A stretch of 39,652 nucleotides of DNA from NCBI GenBank assembly GCA_000996605.1, contig LCOP01000001.1:1-39652 (forward strand), in the 5' to 3' direction. Positions 36,415 through 39,652 of the stretch are shown here, in pieces. The translations under genes and the position numbers were made by a program. Source of the DNA: Parcubacteria group bacterium GW2011_GWA1_47_8 (lineage in GTDB: Bacteria > Patescibacteriota > Minisyncoccia > Phycocordibacterales > UBA1550). Each line of letters starts with the position of its first letter. Positions within the stretch are counted from its first letter, which is position 1. The notes below the pieces were generated by a model, which did no database searches, was not told where the DNA came from, and was given only the letters and a program-made list of their open reading frames with translations.

Positions 36415-37119
36415 ATGCGTAACGAAAAAATCAACTCAAAGATTGTCACTCTCTGGAATAAGTATTTTCAGAATGACCAAGATGTATACGCTCCGCTTTT
36501 CTACGATGAATTTAAGAAGGGCGGTTTGCTGTTTGTCGGCATGAATCCGTCTTTCAGTGCAAGAGGATTTAAGACGATTCTTCAGAATACAGAATATAAA
36601 GACATGGATCCCGATACATTCTTCAAATGGAGCAACATATCTTCCAATCCTAAGTTGATAGATGACTGCATCAAAGTAGAAAACTACGCATACCAAAACT
36701 ACTCGCTGTACTTCGGTCGTCCTGTTGAAATAGCCAAGAATGTTGGCCTCGATTGGCAACACATTGATCTCTTTCTCTACAAAGAAACGTCGCAGACTGA
36801 TTTCATGAATCGTGTCCGAAGCAAGGGTGTTTTGAACGAGTTTGGTATGGATCAGATAAAATTGTTTGAGGACATTTTAGTTCAAATTGAACCTCGCTGT
36901 GTCGTGGTCAGCAATGCGACTGGCTCGGAAATACTACGCGAATATATAAAGAGTGATCTTTCGTGGGATGCAGAGCGGGGCTTTCACTGGTTCACAAGAG
37001 GAGGCAAGAAAATTCCAATGTTCTTCTCCTCAATGCTGAGCGGACAACGTGCCCTTGATCGCTGGTCATACGAGCGACTTGTGTGGCACATAGGGCAAGC
37101 GGTGAATATCTCAAAATAG
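36415..37119 (+). CDS. Uracil-DNA-glycosylase-fold protein
   Basis: LLFVGMNPS motif A and IEPRCVVV strand typical of the UDG superfamily. Confidence 0.6.
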   Translation: MRNEKINSKIVTLWNKYFQNDQDVYAPLFYDEFKKGGLLFVGMNPSFSARGFKTILQNTEYKDMDPDTFFKWSNISSNPKLIDDCIKVENYAYQNYSLYFGRPVEIAKNVGLDWQHIDLFLYKETSQTDFMNRVRSKGVLNEFGMDQIKLFEDILVQIEPRCVVVSNATGSEILREYIKSDLSWDAERGFHWFTRGGKKIPMFFSSMLSGQRALDRWSYERLVWHIGQAVNISK

Positions 37120-37121
37120 AT

Positions 37122-38267
37122 ATGGAAGATACCCTAGATACAGCAAAAAATGAGAAGCTCGCGGCGATATTTTCTAAATTAGAAAAACCCACTACTTCAG
37201 ATTGGATGTTGGGTCATGAGTATTCATTTACCAAAGTAAGTATTTCGACTTCAGTACCGGAGGCATATTTACTGAAGCACGTTTTCGCTGATAGTTTGGG
37301 TTTCCCCTGTGACTACATGCCGATGGAAAAAGTTTTGTGGGAAATCTGCTTCATAATAAATGGAATTCTATGTAAGGTTGTAAGTCATAAATTCGGGCAT
37401 CGCTTATACATAGGTTCTGCTGATGAGGATACCGTTTCAAAGACCACAGACTATCTTGTTGGAATATTTAATTCTGCGACAGCCTTCCTCTCTACGCTTC
37501 TTAAGGATTACGCAGACATAGAAATAAAGAAAGGCAATGTCAGTATTGATAACCAGTATTCTAGCTTACGAGCTACATATGACTATTTCAGGGATGAAGC
37601 AAAGAAAAAACGAGCTGAGAAAGTGGAGATTACTCCGAAGGAATCGGCCAATCAATTACTACCAGGATGGAACGCTGAGATGGAAAAATTGAGACATGCC
37701 TCCTATCTTGACCAAGGAGCATACTTTGCCTTTTTCGGATTACTCGAACACGTACTAGTTCTCTTTTTGGCATTTAATGATTTTGATCCAAAAACAGAGC
37801 ATCTAAAAGAATTCATTTTTCGTCCCTGGGCTGACAAGTATAAACGGGCATTTAATTTAAGATCTGACAAAGAGGCAGATCGTCACTACCAGTTACTTAT
37901 TGCTATTTCAAGAAAATATAGGAATCCTCAGGCACACGGGATGTTTAATAAAGAAGGCAGAAGCATGGCTTTCTTTTTAGAGGGTACAGGTTTATTGTCG
38001 GCACATTTTTCAAATGAGGAGAGTAATATTCCTCAATGGGTTCGTGGTGATGGAAAGGAGCTTGAGGAGTTGGGTGATTTTCTTTTATGGCTTGAAGGTC
38101 ATACTACATACAAAGTTCCAATGCAGATTATTAAGGGAGGTCTCAGGATACATTTTTCAGAAGAAGGTCGGCAAATATACAAAGATTTAATGAACGACGG
38201 CGATGCATCAGAATTTGTGGAGCATGAAAATCTGATAGCTGATGATCATGGGAATATGGATTGGTGA
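37122..38267 (+). CDS. Hypothetical protein with a HEPN-like motif
   Basis: FFGLLEH followed later by RNPQAH (RxxxxH). Start at ATG 37122. Confidence 0.6.
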   Translation: MEDTLDTAKNEKLAAIFSKLEKPTTSDWMLGHEYSFTKVSISTSVPEAYLLKHVFADSLGFPCDYMPMEKVLWEICFIINGILCKVVSHKFGHRLYIGSADEDTVSKTTDYLVGIFNSATAFLSTLLKDYADIEIKKGNVSIDNQYSSLRATYDYFRDEAKKKRAEKVEITPKESANQLLPGWNAEMEKLRHASYLDQGAYFAFFGLLEHVLVLFLAFNDFDPKTEHLKEFIFRPWADKYKRAFNLRSDKEADRHYQLLIAISRKYRNPQAHGMFNKEGRSMAFFLEGTGLLSAHFSNEESNIPQWVRGDGKELEELGDFLLWLEGHTTYKVPMQIIKGGLRIHFSEEGRQIYKDLMNDGDASEFVEHENLIADDHGNMDW

Positions 38268-38306
38268 TATAAAGTATCCAAAATAAAAACAATACCAAGT
38301 TTTTAC

Positions 38307-38633
38307 TTACTCGCGTCTCCCAAGCTCTTTACCGAGTGGCCCTTCAATTAGTTCAGTGATGGTACCTACCAAACGAGGCCACGGCATAATACCTCTATAC
38401 CAAAGAAGCATGTTATCTGTCCTAAGTCGGAGAAGCTTCAGGAACTTCTGCCAAGTAAACCCTAGAGGCTTTAACTCATACTTCCATTGGCCCCAGAGGT
38501 ACTTTGGGAGCTGATTACCTGCCCAGACGACATAAGAGTCCCAGTCAATCGTGGGATCGCTAAAGGTGGTATTTTTTAGCTCTTGCATCCAAGCTTTTAC
38601 CTCCTTAGGTTCTGGTGGGGTAGTTATCTTCAT
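38307..38633 (-). CDS. Small Trp-rich hypothetical protein
   Basis: 108-aa ORF in a region not occupied by another gene. Confidence 0.6.
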   Translation of the reverse strand: MKITTPPEPKEVKAWMQELKNTTFSDPTIDWDSYVVWAGNQLPKYLWGQWKYELKPLGFTWQKFLKLLRLRTDNMLLWYRGIMPWPRLVGTITELIEGPLGKELGRRE

Positions 38634-38685
38634 ACCCCAAGTATATAGGGTATGAAGCAGAAGTCAATAAAGTCAAACTCATTGT

Positions 38686-38762
38686 AAATGAGACAGTGAC
38701 CGAGACGGGTGTTTTGTGTCTCATTTGTAACATTCACAAAAACACCCCACAGACCGAGACGG
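38686..38762. repeat. Nested direct and inverted repeats near the right island end
   Basis: gaccgagacgg x2 (38698, 38752); inverted pairs aaatgagaca/tgtctcattt and gggtgttttgtg/cacaaaaacaccc. Confidence 0.65.
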
Positions 38763-38895
38763 CTCGTCTAAGGAGTAGAAGGGATGCTAAAATGTTCTTA
38801 CAAGGCCTCACCCCACGTATTTGAGACCGCGACAGTCAGTCCGCGGTAAAGTTTGTTGCATTTTATTGTGTAATAATCTTTGAAATAAATGGCTC

Positions 38896-38925
38896 CTGAC
38901 CCTATTTCGGACTGACCCTATTTCG
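38896..38925. repeat. 14-bp tandem duplication ctgaccctatttcg
   Basis: Two copies separated by 2 nt. Confidence 0.75.
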
Positions 38926-39027
38926 TGAGAAAAATCCCAAGTTGGAATTTGCGACATATTTGGCAGTGATAGCGGGGAAGTAAAATAAAACTTTCTTTGC
39001 GTTAGTATTGGTGGTAAACTAAAGATT

Positions 39028-39600
39028 ATGGAAAAAATCTCTGTGCTTCAGAATCAACCGAACATAGAAAAAGAGGTACGAATTGAAACAGTTGAACGGC
39101 AGGAATGTGTTGTTTTTATTGATGCTATAAAAAAAGATACTATTGATACGTTCCCTTTTTTATCAGAAGAAGAAAGAGATACTTTTTCAAAAAAACTGGA
39201 CTTATTAAGTGAAAATAACGAAGTTATCTCTAGTCCTGTTATTTTAATAGGACGCCTCCGTTCAATAATTGCTACTTTAAATAACAGTCATACAAAATTA
39301 GAAGAAGATGTAAAAGAAAAACAGTACTGGCTTGAGAACCCAATACGGTACAAAGCTGGTACATTTTGGGTAGATATAGAAAGTGGAACTTTTGAAGTCG
39401 TTAGTTTAAACGGTGTTTCAATCACTAATCTGGTCACAGAAAAGAGAAAAGAAATAGGAGGTGGTACGGATGACTGGCAAATTAATCTAGCCTTGGGAGC
39501 TATCATGACTTCGAAAAATGAATCTGGTGTTACTGTTGAGATAAAAAACAAGAACGGTAAAACTCGTTTCCCTGCGGTCTCTGCCGCAGGGACATTGTAG
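39028..39600 (+). pseudogene. Probable truncated S41-peptidase-like N-terminal fragment
   Basis: LRSIIATLNNSHT and VVSLNGV resemble S41/PDZ N-terminal parts. AT-rich coding sequence switches abruptly to a GC hairpin (ccctgcgg...ccgcaggg) just before the stop. Confidence 0.35.
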
Positions 39601-39652
39601 GAAAGTCTGAAAACCCTCGGTTTTCAGGTATACTGAGCCCATGACACAAAAA

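Larger units (their letters stand above)
17556..38820. mobile_element. Integrated island (serine recombinase, terminase/methylase module, defence-like cargo) adjacent to tRNA-Gln
   Basis: Starts right after a tRNA, is visibly more AT-rich, carries a large serine recombinase and has no housekeeping genes. The right boundary is uncertain (~38700-39570). Confidence 0.8.

Noticed and set aside
17556-38820. Complete prophage
   Set aside because: No recognisable capsid, tail, lysis, repressor or replication genes.
1-39652. Alternative genetic code (UGA=Gly, code 25)
   Set aside because: Full-length genes such as pyrG and res end at TGA, and RF2 is present.

Overview
This window most likely comes from a Patescibacteria/CPR (Parcubacteria-like) chromosome using genetic code 11. 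That is an inference from the shortened AlaRS and RF2, the FtsA/PilM-like plus membrane-protein gene pair, and the presence of RF2 with TGA stops. Bases 1-17555 are host backbone: CAP protein, exonuclease, Cas4-like nuclease, ATP-cone/REase, MgtC, EamA, alaS, an internally deleted IS remnant, tRNA-Asp, two tRNA-Thr, Nudix hydrolase, prfB, ftsEX, pyrG and tRNA-Gln. Directly after tRNA-Gln(CTG) is a more AT-rich island of about 21-22 kb. Its leftward operon encodes a ParB-methylase, a methylase, small and large terminase and a large serine recombinase, with no capsid, tail or replicase gene. Its rightward defence-like cargo is a PD-(D/E)XK nuclease, an HTH protein, a SNF2 helicase, type III Mod/Res, an 843-aa membrane protein coupled to a portal-like protein, a UDG-fold protein and a HEPN-motif protein. 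The two arms are separated by two divergently transcribed, highly structured RNA leaders. One has an 11-nt segment that can pair either with an upstream repeat or with the ribosome-binding region of the nuclease gene. The best novelty candidates are the membrane protein/clip-less portal pair, the RNA switch, and the terminase-only element as a whole. All protein calls come from motif recognition by eye; no searches were run.
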